Origin: Thermoproteota archaeon
GTDB taxonomy: Archaea > Korarchaeota > Korarchaeia > Korarchaeales > Korarchaeaceae
Direction of reading: 5' to 3'
DNA: 39,903 nt
Assembly (NCBI GenBank): GCA_027491735.1
Contig: JAOZGP010000025.1
Span: 1 to 39,903, forward strand
Below are positions 27,821-37,207 of the stretch, in pieces. A program made the position numbers and the translations under genes. Within the stretch, counting starts at the first letter, position 1, and every line of letters starts with the position of its first letter. The notes beneath the pieces are model-generated. The model made no database searches, was not told where the DNA came from, and worked only from the letters and a program-made list of their open reading frames with translations.

Positions 27821-28714
27821 CTATATGAGCTTCGCTGAGCTGAGTATCCTCCTCATCGATTCAACTACCTCTTCAGGCTCCTTCATCAGAGGAGGTCTGA
27901 CATAAGGCTTCACAGGAGTCCTCATTAGGAAAAGAGCTGTTTTTATTGCTGTGGGGAATGAAGACGCTACATCGTAGACCCTCACAACATTGATGAGTCT
28001 CCTATGGAGCTCGACAGCCCTCTTGAGATCTCCCTCCATGAACGCCCTGTAGATGCCCACATGGATCTCGGGAGCGAAGTTTGCACAGGCCATGATCCCT
28101 CCATCTCCTCCCATCGCCAGGACGTTGAGCAGGTGATCGTCTAGGCCGGTGAGGACAGAGAAATCTCTCCTTACGGACTTAACCTCCAGGATAAGATTTC
28201 TCATGTATGTGACACTGTCGTAGGTAACCTTTGCTCCAGCAACACCGCTGTGCTCCGCAGCCAATCTTCTGTAGACGCTTACCGGTATCATGTTCCCGGT
28301 GAGGCTCGGTATGTTGTAAATTATCAAAGGAAGGTCAACCCTCTCAGCTATCCTGGAGAAGTGGAGGCAGAGGTTATCCTCCCTGAGCTTGAAGAAGAAG
28401 GGTGGTGTTGCTATGACTCCATCAGCACCGAGATTCTTCATCTCCTTTCCCATCTCAATGGCCCTCTCAGTGTCGTTAGAGCTTATTCCAGGAATGACCT
28501 TCACTCTTCCTCCTACCTCATCGAGGACCGCTTCAACTAATCTGAGACCTTCCTCCTCCTTCAGATGCACAAACTCCCCGGTGGTGGAGTAGGGAAACAC
28601 GCCGGAGACCTGAGAATCTGCCAATCGCTTTGCTAGCCATCTGGCAGCATCTAGATCCAGGGAAAGGTCCTCCTTGAAGGGGGTTATCATGGGAACTATC
28701 ACACCCGAGAACAT
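27821..28714 (-). CDS. DapA/NanA/KDG-aldolase family class I aldolase
   Basis: GVIVPMITPF, STTGEF, IIYNIP, Schiff-base Lys in GAKVT, and GGDGGI..CAN. Exact substrate not assignable. Confidence 0.9.
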   Translation of the reverse strand: MFSGVIVPMITPFKEDLSLDLDAARWLAKRLADSQVSGVFPYSTTGEFVHLKEEEGLRLVEAVLDEVGGRVKVIPGISSNDTERAIEMGKEMKNLGADGVIATPPFFFKLREDNLCLHFSRIAERVDLPLIIYNIPSLTGNMIPVSVYRRLAAEHSGVAGAKVTYDSVTYMRNLILEVKSVRRDFSVLTGLDDHLLNVLAMGGDGGIMACANFAPEIHVGIYRAFMEGDLKRAVELHRRLINVVRVYDVASSFPTAIKTALFLMRTPVKPYVRPPLMKEPEEVVESMRRILSSAKLI

Positions 28715-28764
28715 GTTGAATCCCCCTATTTTCAGCACAGCTAAAGTTAAGAGTTATTCCTCGA

Positions 28765-29070
28765 TCAGCGGAGTGTTGAGGTCCTCTTCAGACGGAACAC
28801 AACGGTTCCGCCGCAGGTGAAGGGAGCTCCTGGATCCGGACACTGAATGTACCCTTCATCCTCTGAGAAGCCTATTCCCAATGTCTTAGCAGATATTCCA
28901 TGGGAGAGCGGAGAGAGAAGGCTTATCATCCCGACAAGAGCGTGTATGCATATTTTATCACCCCTCAACAGAAACCCATCGACGAAAAAACGATCGCCTT
29001 CAACATATCCAGCAGCGCACCTTCCCCTCACCTCATGGACCTCGACGACGACCCTGTGAAGAACGCACAT
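28765..29070 (-). CDS. TIGR04076-like Cys-containing small protein
   Basis: V.EVRG.C..GY..GD.F, IC.HAL and QCPDPG...GGTVVF pattern. Confidence 0.75.
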   Translation of the reverse strand: MCVLHRVVVEVHEVRGRCAAGYVEGDRFFVDGFLLRGDKICIHALVGMISLLSPLSHGISAKTLGIGFSEDEGYIQCPDPGAPFTCGGTVVFRLKRTSTLR

Positions 29071-29126
29071 CAGAGACTCAATAACGGCCCATCCTTAAAT
29101 TTTTAGTCCTCACCGATCCTCCTGAG

Positions 29127-30344
29127 ATGAAGGGAGCCGAGTACATACTGGCGTCGCTGCTGGCCACCTGCCTAGCAGTCGCACTAAGGGTCTTCGCTGT
29201 GGTCGCGAAGGGCAACCTGGCCATAGTGTTCGAGGTTCTTCACGCGGGCATGGATGTGATGATAACGTTGATGGTGCTCATCTCAATAGTGATCACAGAA
29301 TCGAGGATCTCCGAGAGGTTTCCCTATGGTCTCTACAAGCTCGAGGACCTCGTAACCCTGATCGTGGTGGTGATGATGATGATCTCCGGAGTAGATCTCC
29401 TGATCTCCGGGGCGAAAAAGAGTCCCTTCCCCACAAACATCGATCAGGTAATGGCCCAGCTCCTGAGCCTGATACCTCTACAGGCATCGGCGTTCACAAG
29501 GAGCAAGGCAGCTCAGGTGATGAGGTCGCCCGCCCTCAGGGCTGATGCTGTTCACTGTCAGGTTGATGTGCTGGAGGGTCTTGGAGTCGCTCTCGGGCTC
29601 TTCTGGTTTATTGCGTCAGGACGATCAACGGCTTACACCGTCGCTCTAATTATTGCTGCTCTTGGATTCTTTTTATCTGCTTTTAAGGTCGGCAGAGAGG
29701 CCATTCTGGCGATCCTCGACATGCCGAAGGATAAAATGCTGTGCAGCAGGATAGCTGAGCTATCGAGATCGGTGGACGGGGTGACCAGGGTGAGCTCGGT
29801 CAGGGCCAGATGGGCAGGTCCGGTCATGTTCGTGGAGGTGGTCCTAGAGGTCAAGGCAGCAATGACCGTTGAGGAAGCTCACATAATAAGCAATAGAGTT
29901 GAAGAGCTCGTGAAAAGTAGAATAGAAGGAGTTCGAAGGATAACGGTCCACATAGAGCCCAGCATAAGGGAGAATCTCCTGATAGCTCTTCCCATCTGCG
30001 AAGGGAGAGTATGCAGGCAGTTCGCTAAGGCCGAGAGGTTCCTTCTCGTCAAAGTTAGGGGTAACAAGGTCATCTTGAGGAGGGAGTTCTTCACAGGCCC
30101 TGTTGAAAGGATGCTCTGGGGTGCTGAGATTTCGGAGAAGCTTGCCGAAGTGGGAGTTACGGACGTGATATTGTTTAATATAGGAGAAATAGCCTTCTCA
30201 ATACTCCTAAGACACGAGGTTTTCGTCTGGAGAGCTAAAACCGATGATCCTAACGAAAACATAAGGCTTCTCATGGAGAGGAAGCTAGATAGGATCAAGA
30301 AGCCTACGAAAGAGGCGTCTTGGCGCACTTCCCAGGGAGAGTGA
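29127..30344 (+). CDS. Cation diffusion facilitator with a C-terminal NifB/NifX-like domain
   Basis: HxxxD (HAGMD, HCQVD), FPYGLYKLE, EEAH and VHIEP, then IALP...F.KA.RF...GVTDVI..NIGE.AF. Confidence 0.88.
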   Translation: MKGAEYILASLLATCLAVALRVFAVVAKGNLAIVFEVLHAGMDVMITLMVLISIVITESRISERFPYGLYKLEDLVTLIVVVMMMISGVDLLISGAKKSPFPTNIDQVMAQLLSLIPLQASAFTRSKAAQVMRSPALRADAVHCQVDVLEGLGVALGLFWFIASGRSTAYTVALIIAALGFFLSAFKVGREAILAILDMPKDKMLCSRIAELSRSVDGVTRVSSVRARWAGPVMFVEVVLEVKAAMTVEEAHIISNRVEELVKSRIEGVRRITVHIEPSIRENLLIALPICEGRVCRQFAKAERFLLVKVRGNKVILRREFFTGPVERMLWGAEISEKLAEVGVTDVILFNIGEIAFSILLRHEVFVWRAKTDDPNENIRLLMERKLDRIKKPTKEASWRTSQGE

Positions 30345-30348
30345 GCAC

Positions 30349-31056
30349 ATGTTAATCGACGCTCATGTCCATTACCACGAGCTTGAGAGAAGCTACGACG
30401 ATATGATGATCTTAGCGGTCTCCGATGACCTGGAGTCATCGAGAAAAACTCTCAGTCTGGCGAGAAGGACAGTCTTACCGTGTGTGGGAGTTCATCCTTG
30501 GAGTGTTGAGAGCTCCAGTTTGAAGGACCTAGACGAGCTGAGAAGAATAATAGAAAGAAAAGAAATAATTTGTTTAGGTGAGATAGGGTTGGACAGGAGG
30601 AGAGCATGCAGCTACAACAGGCAAGTGGAGTTCTTCACAGAGCAACTGAGGATAGCGGCTGACTTCTCGCTTCCAGTGAATCTCCATGCTCTTGATGCTT
30701 GGAGAGAGGTCCTCAACATGCTTGACCGATATGAGATCGAGAGGGCGATCTTTCATTGGTTCACAGGACCTCTTGACCTCCTAGAGGAGCTGAGGAGCAG
30801 AGGATACTTTATAACAATAAATCCTGCGGTGGTGGTCCAGGAGAAGCACATGAAGATTCTGCTGGAGGCTCCGCTGGACATGATGCTGACGGAGAGCGAT
30901 GGACCATATATCTACAGGGGCATTCGATTGAATCCAAGTATGATCCCTTGGTTGATCTCCGTCATCTCGAAGGTCAAGGGCATCAACACAAGAGATCTGA
31001 AGACGATGTTCGCTGAGAACCTTTCCAGGTTCGTAGGACGAGCAATAGTTCCATGA
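30349..31056 (+). CDS. tatD: TatD family nuclease
   Basis: IDAHVH, GVHPW, GEIGLD, PVNLH, FHWFTG and LTESDGP. Confidence 0.93.
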   Translation: MLIDAHVHYHELERSYDDMMILAVSDDLESSRKTLSLARRTVLPCVGVHPWSVESSSLKDLDELRRIIERKEIICLGEIGLDRRRACSYNRQVEFFTEQLRIAADFSLPVNLHALDAWREVLNMLDRYEIERAIFHWFTGPLDLLEELRSRGYFITINPAVVVQEKHMKILLEAPLDMMLTESDGPYIYRGIRLNPSMIPWLISVISKVKGINTRDLKTMFAENLSRFVGRAIVP

Positions 31057-31372
31057 CCTTGATGTTCTGCACAGGATCTTTTGTTGCTCTCGTGAGACGA
31101 TGAAGCGGTTGTCGTAGCCATCTAAGAGCCCCCTAATATCCTCTCTACTTCCTCATGAAGGAGCATATACGTGACCGACTATCTGAAGGATCCAACTCCC
31201 CTCAGAGGGCCAGATGAACTCGACAATATTCCTCCTAAAATCCCTCGCGAAATCCAAAACTTTCCTCGAACTCCAAAATGAGAAGGTATTCTTCACCAGG
31301 TTAAAAACCGATCTAAGCTAAATCTTAATAAGCTGTCTCCGAGACTATAGATAATAAATTCGGTGGGTTCGT

Positions 31373-32707
31373 TTGCCACTCATAGAAGTTCTCATACCGG
31401 CCGAAGTAGGGGAGGTGGGCTTCTGGCCCGGAAGCTTCTCCGATGAGGAGCTTAAAGAGTTTTTCTTGGCCAAGGACCTGTCAGGCGAAATTCTAGCTAG
31501 GATAACTGGCAGAGAAAAGGAGATCGAGGAGAGGCACGGATTTAAGGTGAAATATAAGTATATTAGATTAGAATATTTTAGTGATTTGAGGAAAAGAGGA
31601 GTGGAGCTTCCAGCCCTGATCATCGACGGCAGGGTTTTCTCCAAGGAGGGCGCCCTCATAGCGGCGGATCTCATAGCTTCTGGCATGAATCCAGGTGAGA
31701 TAAGAGCAGTAGATCATCTGAAAACTGATAGCTTGAAGAAGATGGCAAAATCCATGATCAGTAGGGCCAAAAGTTCGGGTATTGATCTGAAGAGAGACCT
31801 TCCTGAGTCTTGGAAAGTCTTGGAGAAGGTTCTGTCATCGGAGAGGATACTTCCAACAAAGGCCTTGGAGATATTTTCTCTTCTAAAAAAATTGGAGGAT
31901 AAGCTGCTTGAACTCGAGAGAGAGCGCAAAACCATAACCGAAGCGAAGATCAGGGTATCAAAACTGGTGAGTAGGCTATCAGCCGAGGCTAAAGAGCTAT
32001 CCGACAAGTTGGGGGAGTTGGGTGTGAGAATAGAAGGATTGCCAGATCTCAGCATCGATTCCGTGGAGAGTGGAAAGGAGCTCGAGAGAATCGAAGCTCA
32101 GGCTGAAGACCTGCTGAAGGCTGTCGAGGCTCTCCTAGGTAACCTCGACAGGATAAAGAACGTGATCCTGTTGAAAGACAAGATCTTTAAGGTATGCCCC
32201 TACCTAGTTGCTTCTCTAGGATCCTCCCTCAACGAAGAGCCGCTTTGTCAGGTCTATCGATCGATAGGTTTGGACAGAAACTTCATGAGGATCGATCGGG
32301 TCAATGAGCTGCAGCGTCTGATGTCTGTGATCTCGAAATATGGGGATGTGATAGAGAAGATATATGAGCTGCAGATGTCCGGGATGTCTCCCCAAGAGTT
32401 CTCAAGGAAGATCGGTCTAAGTGGGATAAAAGATGCTCTGCGAATCGATGATCCCCTTACCTTAGCGTCCACCGTCTTGGAGTCGATAAAACCTCATCTG
32501 CCAAAGCTCGGAGAGCTCGACATGACAAAGGAGATAAAAAAAATGTTGCCCGTCTGGGAGAAGCACATAGTTAGGCTCCTGGAGAGAGAGGGCTCCATAA
32601 CGGTAGATCAAATAAAGATACCTGATCGATGGAAGGAGACCGTTTTAAGGGATATGGAAAGCAAGGGCATTATAAGGAGATCTGGCAACGTGATAACCTT
32701 GCTCTGA
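31373..32707 (+). CDS. Hypothetical protein (thioredoxin-like N-terminus, coiled-coil centre, possible C-terminal wHTH)
   Basis: GVELPALIIDGR, an E/K/L-rich heptad region and a terminal LRDMESKGIIRRSG. Confidence 0.7.
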   Translation: MPLIEVLIPAEVGEVGFWPGSFSDEELKEFFLAKDLSGEILARITGREKEIEERHGFKVKYKYIRLEYFSDLRKRGVELPALIIDGRVFSKEGALIAADLIASGMNPGEIRAVDHLKTDSLKKMAKSMISRAKSSGIDLKRDLPESWKVLEKVLSSERILPTKALEIFSLLKKLEDKLLELERERKTITEAKIRVSKLVSRLSAEAKELSDKLGELGVRIEGLPDLSIDSVESGKELERIEAQAEDLLKAVEALLGNLDRIKNVILLKDKIFKVCPYLVASLGSSLNEEPLCQVYRSIGLDRNFMRIDRVNELQRLMSVISKYGDVIEKIYELQMSGMSPQEFSRKIGLSGIKDALRIDDPLTLASTVLESIKPHLPKLGELDMTKEIKKMLPVWEKHIVRLLEREGSITVDQIKIPDRWKETVLRDMESKGIIRRSGNVITLL

Positions 32708-32711
32708 AGCT

Positions 32712-32923
32712 TCACAAGGAGTTTTCATCTGAAGGACTGTGGGTATGCTGTCAACGCCGATATCAACGGAGCTAAAAACATACTAAAACGAGCATGGGCT
32801 ATACGCTGCGGTCAGGGGCTGTAGTGACCCAGCCAGAAGGGGGTGCAGCTTTGTGCTGCACACTCCCCAACCTCCGTAAGGCTTCTGGTGGAAGCCCCCG
32901 TCTTTAGAGGGGGAGGAGGTTAC
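32712..32923 (+). mobile_element. tnpB: IS200/IS605-family remnant: frameshifted tnpB 3' end plus right-end hairpin
   Basis: SQGVFI[frameshift]KDCGYAVNADINGAKNILKR matches the TnpB zinc-finger/RuvC-III end. The terminal GAAGCCCCCGTCTTTAGAGGGGGAGGAGGTTAC hairpin follows. Confidence 0.85.
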
Positions 32924-32990
32924 TATAAGCAAGGCCTCCTCATGAGAACATCTCAGCGAACGGATATCCAATATAACATAATGAAGAACT

Positions 32991-33773
32991 TCATCTCCTG
33001 AGTTGCTGCTCCTCGCTCCCCATGCGCATGATCGGCGAGAAATAAGCGCATTCCTCCGGGCTTATCTTCAACTCCTCCGGATTAAAGTCACCCATCTCAA
33101 TGGGAGCGTTCCTTATGATCACGAAGGGAGTGAGCTCCCTGCCCTCTCCCATGTAGATGTGTCCAGCGGCAGCCAGATCATCTGCTATGTTGAGGGCCGT
33201 CACCAGGATCCTTCTCCCGAAGAGATCATCCTCTCCTCTGTAATCCTTCACTCCAACGAAACCGTGCATACCGAGGGCGAACCCGGTGGTTCCTCTCCTG
33301 AGAGGAGAGAGGCGACTGTCCACTATTATGACCCCCACAAGCTTTCCTGTCCGTCTCCTGATCTCAAAGGCCATCTTCCTTGCCTCACGATTCGGATCCT
33401 CAGGCCATAGAGCAGCGCAGCCGGGAGGTGCATTCTTGTGATCAACTCCAGCGTTGGCGATGAGGTTCCCATCCTTCACAGTAAGTACGGTCCTCAGGGA
33501 AGTTCCTATCACGGTGTCCGCCTCTCTCAAAACGATTTCCACGAATTCAGGCTCAAGAGAAGACTTCTCAGCGAGTTTGATGGCTCTGTTTGAGGGCTTG
33601 ATTGCGGAGAGGTTCACAAATCTCCCCTTGGAATGTGATATCGCCTTGTCGGCGATCAGTATTATGTCCCCATTCCGGAGCTCGATCTTCATCTCGGAGA
33701 GCCTGCTCAGCAGGAGATCCACCAGATCGCATCCTGTCTCAATTCTCCCCGTTCTCACGGGAATTACCTCCAA
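32991..33773 (-). CDS. cofE: CofE-family gamma-glutamyl ligase (probably folate-related by context)
   Basis: GDIILIADK.IS.S.G, ANAGVD.KN, P.DP, GVII.DS...PLRRG, DLFGR, AD.LA.A...MGEG.E.TP..IIR. TTG 33773 follows a GGTGA RBS. Confidence 0.88.
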   Translation of the reverse strand: MEVIPVRTGRIETGCDLVDLLLSRLSEMKIELRNGDIILIADKAISHSKGRFVNLSAIKPSNRAIKLAEKSSLEPEFVEIVLREADTVIGTSLRTVLTVKDGNLIANAGVDHKNAPPGCAALWPEDPNREARKMAFEIRRRTGKLVGVIIVDSRLSPLRRGTTGFALGMHGFVGVKDYRGEDDLFGRRILVTALNIADDLAAAGHIYMGEGRELTPFVIIRNAPIEMGDFNPEELKISPEECAYFSPIMRMGSEEQQLRR

Positions 33774-33777
33774 CGAG

Positions 33778-34446
33778 TCACCCCCACAGAACCTCAGCTC
33801 CCAATCTCTCAAGGAGCTTCAGCAGGTACTTCGCTATCTTCAGCTTCAAAATCTTCCTCCCCAAGTCCTTCCCGGAAGTCACGTCGTATCTATTTATCCT
33901 CATGAAATTCATGCCAAGAAGATGTATCCTCTTGGCTCCTGCTGACCAGGCCAGGAAGGCAGCTCTGTCCCCATCCGTGAACCCGCCGAAGTTGTGTACG
34001 GAACCCGCGGGCTCCACCTGAGTGGTTGGGATTACTGATCCCATTCTTGGGACGTAACTGATGATTCTCCTCACGTTATCCCCATGAGCGTGCACCACGA
34101 GCACGGAGCTCATCTCAAGATATGACTCGACGGGACCGTCGAGGTCCGTGACCACGACGTCAGGATCTCTTCCCGTGACTTGTTTAAAGACAACAGAAGC
34201 AGCGTCTGCTGCCACGATGATCCCCTCAGGAGAGTTCCTGAGCTGATCAGCTAGCTCAGGAGCGTTTCCAAGAACCCAGACCTCCTCTCCTCGGATTAAC
34301 TCCTCCAAGACATCTGGACTCTTGGGAGAAGCAAGCTCGTCGAGCAGGAGAGTAGCTCTTCTATCCTCGCCCACGTCGAGGTCCAACACACCCGCTATTC
34401 TGTGATATATAGGCATCCAAAACTTTAAGTCTATGTCCCTCATCAT
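33778..34446 (-). CDS. mptE: 6-hydroxymethyl-7,8-dihydropterin pyrophosphokinase MptE (DUF115)
   Basis: W...Y..I, VAAD, VVTDLDG, VHAHGDN, PTTQ, NFGGFTDGDRA and K..KL. Confidence 0.92.
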   Translation of the reverse strand: MMRDIDLKFWMPIYHRIAGVLDLDVGEDRRATLLLDELASPKSPDVLEELIRGEEVWVLGNAPELADQLRNSPEGIIVAADAASVVFKQVTGRDPDVVVTDLDGPVESYLEMSSVLVVHAHGDNVRRIISYVPRMGSVIPTTQVEPAGSVHNFGGFTDGDRAAFLAWSAGAKRIHLLGMNFMRINRYDVTSGKDLGRKILKLKIAKYLLKLLERLGAEVLWG

Positions 34447-34484
34447 GCAGCGTGAGAGCCGTGGAGAGCTAAAAAGGTGATGTT

Positions 34485-35717
34485 TTGTTTCTTAGAGCCG
34501 ATCTCTCAGGCGTGCGGATTGGTCTGGAAGAAGATGTGAAGGTCATGGGTGCAATAAACCTGAGCCCTGAATCTTTCTATGCTGGTTCGGTCGTTAGAAA
34601 TCCCGAGGAAGCCCTCCAGAGGGCCGAACACATGATCGAGGAGGGAGCCTCCATAATAGATGTGGGAGGGATGAGCACTGCTCCCTACCTGGACACGGAG
34701 GTCAGCGCGGAGAATGAAGCTCGGAGGGTGGTTCCTGCGATAAGGCTTCTCAGCAGCAAACTTGAGGTCCCCATATCTGTGGACACGCAGAGGAGCTCCG
34801 TAGCCAGGGAGGCAATGGATGCAGGAGCCTCGATAGTGAACGATGTGTCCGGCTTATCCGATCCCGAGATGCCTGAGCTGATAGCTGACACAGGCTCATC
34901 ACTCATCCTCGGAGCGCCTAGGGAGCCCTTTGACCCTCATTCAGATCCAATATCTCAGATTAGAAGGTCTCTATCTCATGCCCTGGAGAAGGCCAATAGC
35001 TTCGGCATACCCGAGGGGAGAATTGTGATAGACCCTCTGATAGGGTTCTTTAGAAGCGAGATCTGGTATCTCTGGGACTGCGCTGTCATCAGGCGATTAG
35101 GGGGACTTCTATCTCTTGGTCGTCCCATATGTATCGGAATCTCCAGGAAATCCTTTATAGGCAAAATACTAGGCATTGAAAAACCTGAGGATAGACTTAT
35201 AGGAAGCATAGCAGCCGTGACCTTGGCGGTGGAGAGAGGAGCAAGCTTGGTGAGAACTCATGACGTAAAGGAGACTGTTCAAGCTGTTAGAACTGTTGAG
35301 GCGATGACCGATCGGCCAGTCAGGCTGAATCGTGATGGCATTGAGGTGATGGGGCTTCCTTCTCTTAGGAAGCTCGACGCCAGGGATCTAATGATAAGGA
35401 TGGGGGTACATAATGTGGGCGCTGATATAATGTCGGACAAGGCGATATTTCATCTCTTACTGCTGAGAAAGATCAGAAGGGAGGTTGCTCTGATAATAAA
35501 ACAGGAACTTCTCGCTTGTGGGGGAGACGCCTCCCTTCCAAAGGAAGTCTTTGACCTTGGAAAAGGGAGGGTGGATGTGGTGCTCATGGCTAACAGATCC
35601 CAGCTAAGCAGGTTGATCGAAAAACTCGAGGTGAACGCGTCTCACGCCTCTACACTCAAAGACGATTTTGTGAACATATCCGCTCTTCTGAAGGAGATCA
35701 TAAAGATGAGCGATTAG
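34485..35717 (+). CDS. folP: Dihydropteroate synthase with an additional C-terminal domain of about 130 aa
   Basis: VMG.INLSPESFY, IIDVGG.ST.P, ISVDT, NDVSG, IDP.IGF, GISRKSF and VRTHDV. Confidence 0.93.
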   Translation: MFLRADLSGVRIGLEEDVKVMGAINLSPESFYAGSVVRNPEEALQRAEHMIEEGASIIDVGGMSTAPYLDTEVSAENEARRVVPAIRLLSSKLEVPISVDTQRSSVAREAMDAGASIVNDVSGLSDPEMPELIADTGSSLILGAPREPFDPHSDPISQIRRSLSHALEKANSFGIPEGRIVIDPLIGFFRSEIWYLWDCAVIRRLGGLLSLGRPICIGISRKSFIGKILGIEKPEDRLIGSIAAVTLAVERGASLVRTHDVKETVQAVRTVEAMTDRPVRLNRDGIEVMGLPSLRKLDARDLMIRMGVHNVGADIMSDKAIFHLLLLRKIRREVALIIKQELLACGGDASLPKEVFDLGKGRVDVVLMANRSQLSRLIEKLEVNASHASTLKDDFVNISALLKEIIKMSD

Positions 35718-35860
35718 ATTAACTTTTTAAAGGGGATGCATAAACTCCATAAACCCGCTAGATCGAGCTCATCTTGGAAAGGTTGTGCTCCACTCAAACG
35801 TGCCTCGACAAGCTCTGACCAATTTCAGTAAGAAATCCTCCCAGTGGAGGGGAAGGCCAG

Positions 35861-37207
35861 ATGACCACAAAAAGTTATAAAACAGCGCTGATGGTTCTCC
35901 TCCTCACCTCATTCACCATAAACCTTGGATTCACAGCAGTCGATCCAGTATTCCCCTATATGGTGTTGGCATTCAAGGGACTGCTGAGGAAACTTCCCGA
36001 GACAGTGCAGGGAACGATACAAGCTCATGAGGGAGCTGTGGAGTTTGGACTTCTCATGGCCGCCTTCATGGCGACCAGAGCTCCAATGGCTGGAGCTGTG
36101 GGTTTCATGAGCGATGTCCTGGGAAGAAAGAGGATAATATGCCTTGGACTCGGGATATACACCCTGGTCTCCACAGGACTGATCTTAGCGGACAACATAT
36201 CTGAGCTAATCTTCCTGAGAGCTCTTCAGGGCATCGCCTCAGCTATGGTGTGGCCGGTTGCTCAGGCATACCTGGCTGATGTAACTCCGAGGTGGAGCAG
36301 GGGCAAGGTGATGTCCGCTTTCACAATGTCTTTCACACTGGCTGAGATAGCTGGTCCTGCGGTCGGGGTCGCGATATACGAGGGTTCCATAACCCTTCTC
36401 CATATAACGGACCTTCTCACCGCACTGAGATCTCCCTTCTACTTTCTAGCAGCCATGAGCCTTCTGTCTCTGATTCTGAGCCTTCTGCTTCCCAAAACTG
36501 CCTCCGAAAAGGTGTCATCCACCAGCTTCAGGGAAGTGGTCAGGGCTGTGAGATCCCTCCCTCCAGAAGTGGCCAGGAGCGTCAAGGCGATATACTTCAA
36601 CGGGGTCGTGAACGGCATCGCCATGGGGATAATGAACACGGTGGCCATAGTCTATATGATAGAGGAAGTGGTGAAGGACCCCCTCTACATAGGCTTCTTC
36701 TCCACAGTTCTCTCGGCGGTCTCCTTACCGGCGACTTTTCTATCTGGGTATGTGACTGACAGGATGCATGAGAGGAAAACAGTCGTTATGGTGGGTTATC
36801 TGCTCGGAACAATTGCCTTCATAGCGATTCCACTGACAAACAACTTCAGCACCTTAATCCTGATTGGATCGATTGCCAGCTTAACCTTCAGCTTTTCTAT
36901 GCCAGCTCTAAGAGCTCTTCAGGCTGATCTGGTGGAGTCAGATGTCAGAGGAACAGTTTTCGGTCTCCAGCAACTCTTCTTCAATGGAGGAACTTTTTTA
37001 GGTGCCGTCGTTGGTGGCTGGATAACCTCATACGCGGCAGCATCGTCACTGCCCGGAGGAATCACGGGCTATGCAATTCCTTTCTGGATGACTGCCGCAA
37101 TGGATCTGCTGTCGGTAGTTGTGTTCTCAGCGTTCGTGACTGAGAGAAAGGATACGGATGAGAGGAGAATTAAGGATCAGGGGATGGGAGATTATCCTCT
37201 TCCGTAA
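35861..37207 (+). CDS. MFS transporter
   Basis: G.MSD.LGRK motif A, LRALQG and RG..FG, with 12 TM segments. Confidence 0.92.
   Translation: MTTKSYKTALMVLLLTSFTINLGFTAVDPVFPYMVLAFKGLLRKLPETVQGTIQAHEGAVEFGLLMAAFMATRAPMAGAVGFMSDVLGRKRIICLGLGIYTLVSTGLILADNISELIFLRALQGIASAMVWPVAQAYLADVTPRWSRGKVMSAFTMSFTLAEIAGPAVGVAIYEGSITLLHITDLLTALRSPFYFLAAMSLLSLILSLLLPKTASEKVSSTSFREVVRAVRSLPPEVARSVKAIYFNGVVNGIAMGIMNTVAIVYMIEEVVKDPLYIGFFSTVLSAVSLPATFLSGYVTDRMHERKTVVMVGYLLGTIAFIAIPLTNNFSTLILIGSIASLTFSFSMPALRALQADLVESDVRGTVFGLQQLFFNGGTFLGAVVGGWITSYAAASSLPGGITGYAIPFWMTAAMDLLSVVVFSAFVTERKDTDERRIKDQGMGDYPLP

Noticed and set aside
27821-28714. Specific call as dapA or KDG aldolase
   Set aside because: The family motifs are clear, but there is no lysine-pathway or sugar-acid context to fix the substrate.
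31057-31372. Possible pseudogene in the tatD downstream gap
   Set aside because: I could not recognise a family in the frames I read, so there is not enough support.
32991-33773. Evidence of F420 biosynthesis or methanogenesis
   Set aside because: Only a cofE-like gene is present and it sits in a folate context. No cofC/D/G/H or mcr genes are in the window.
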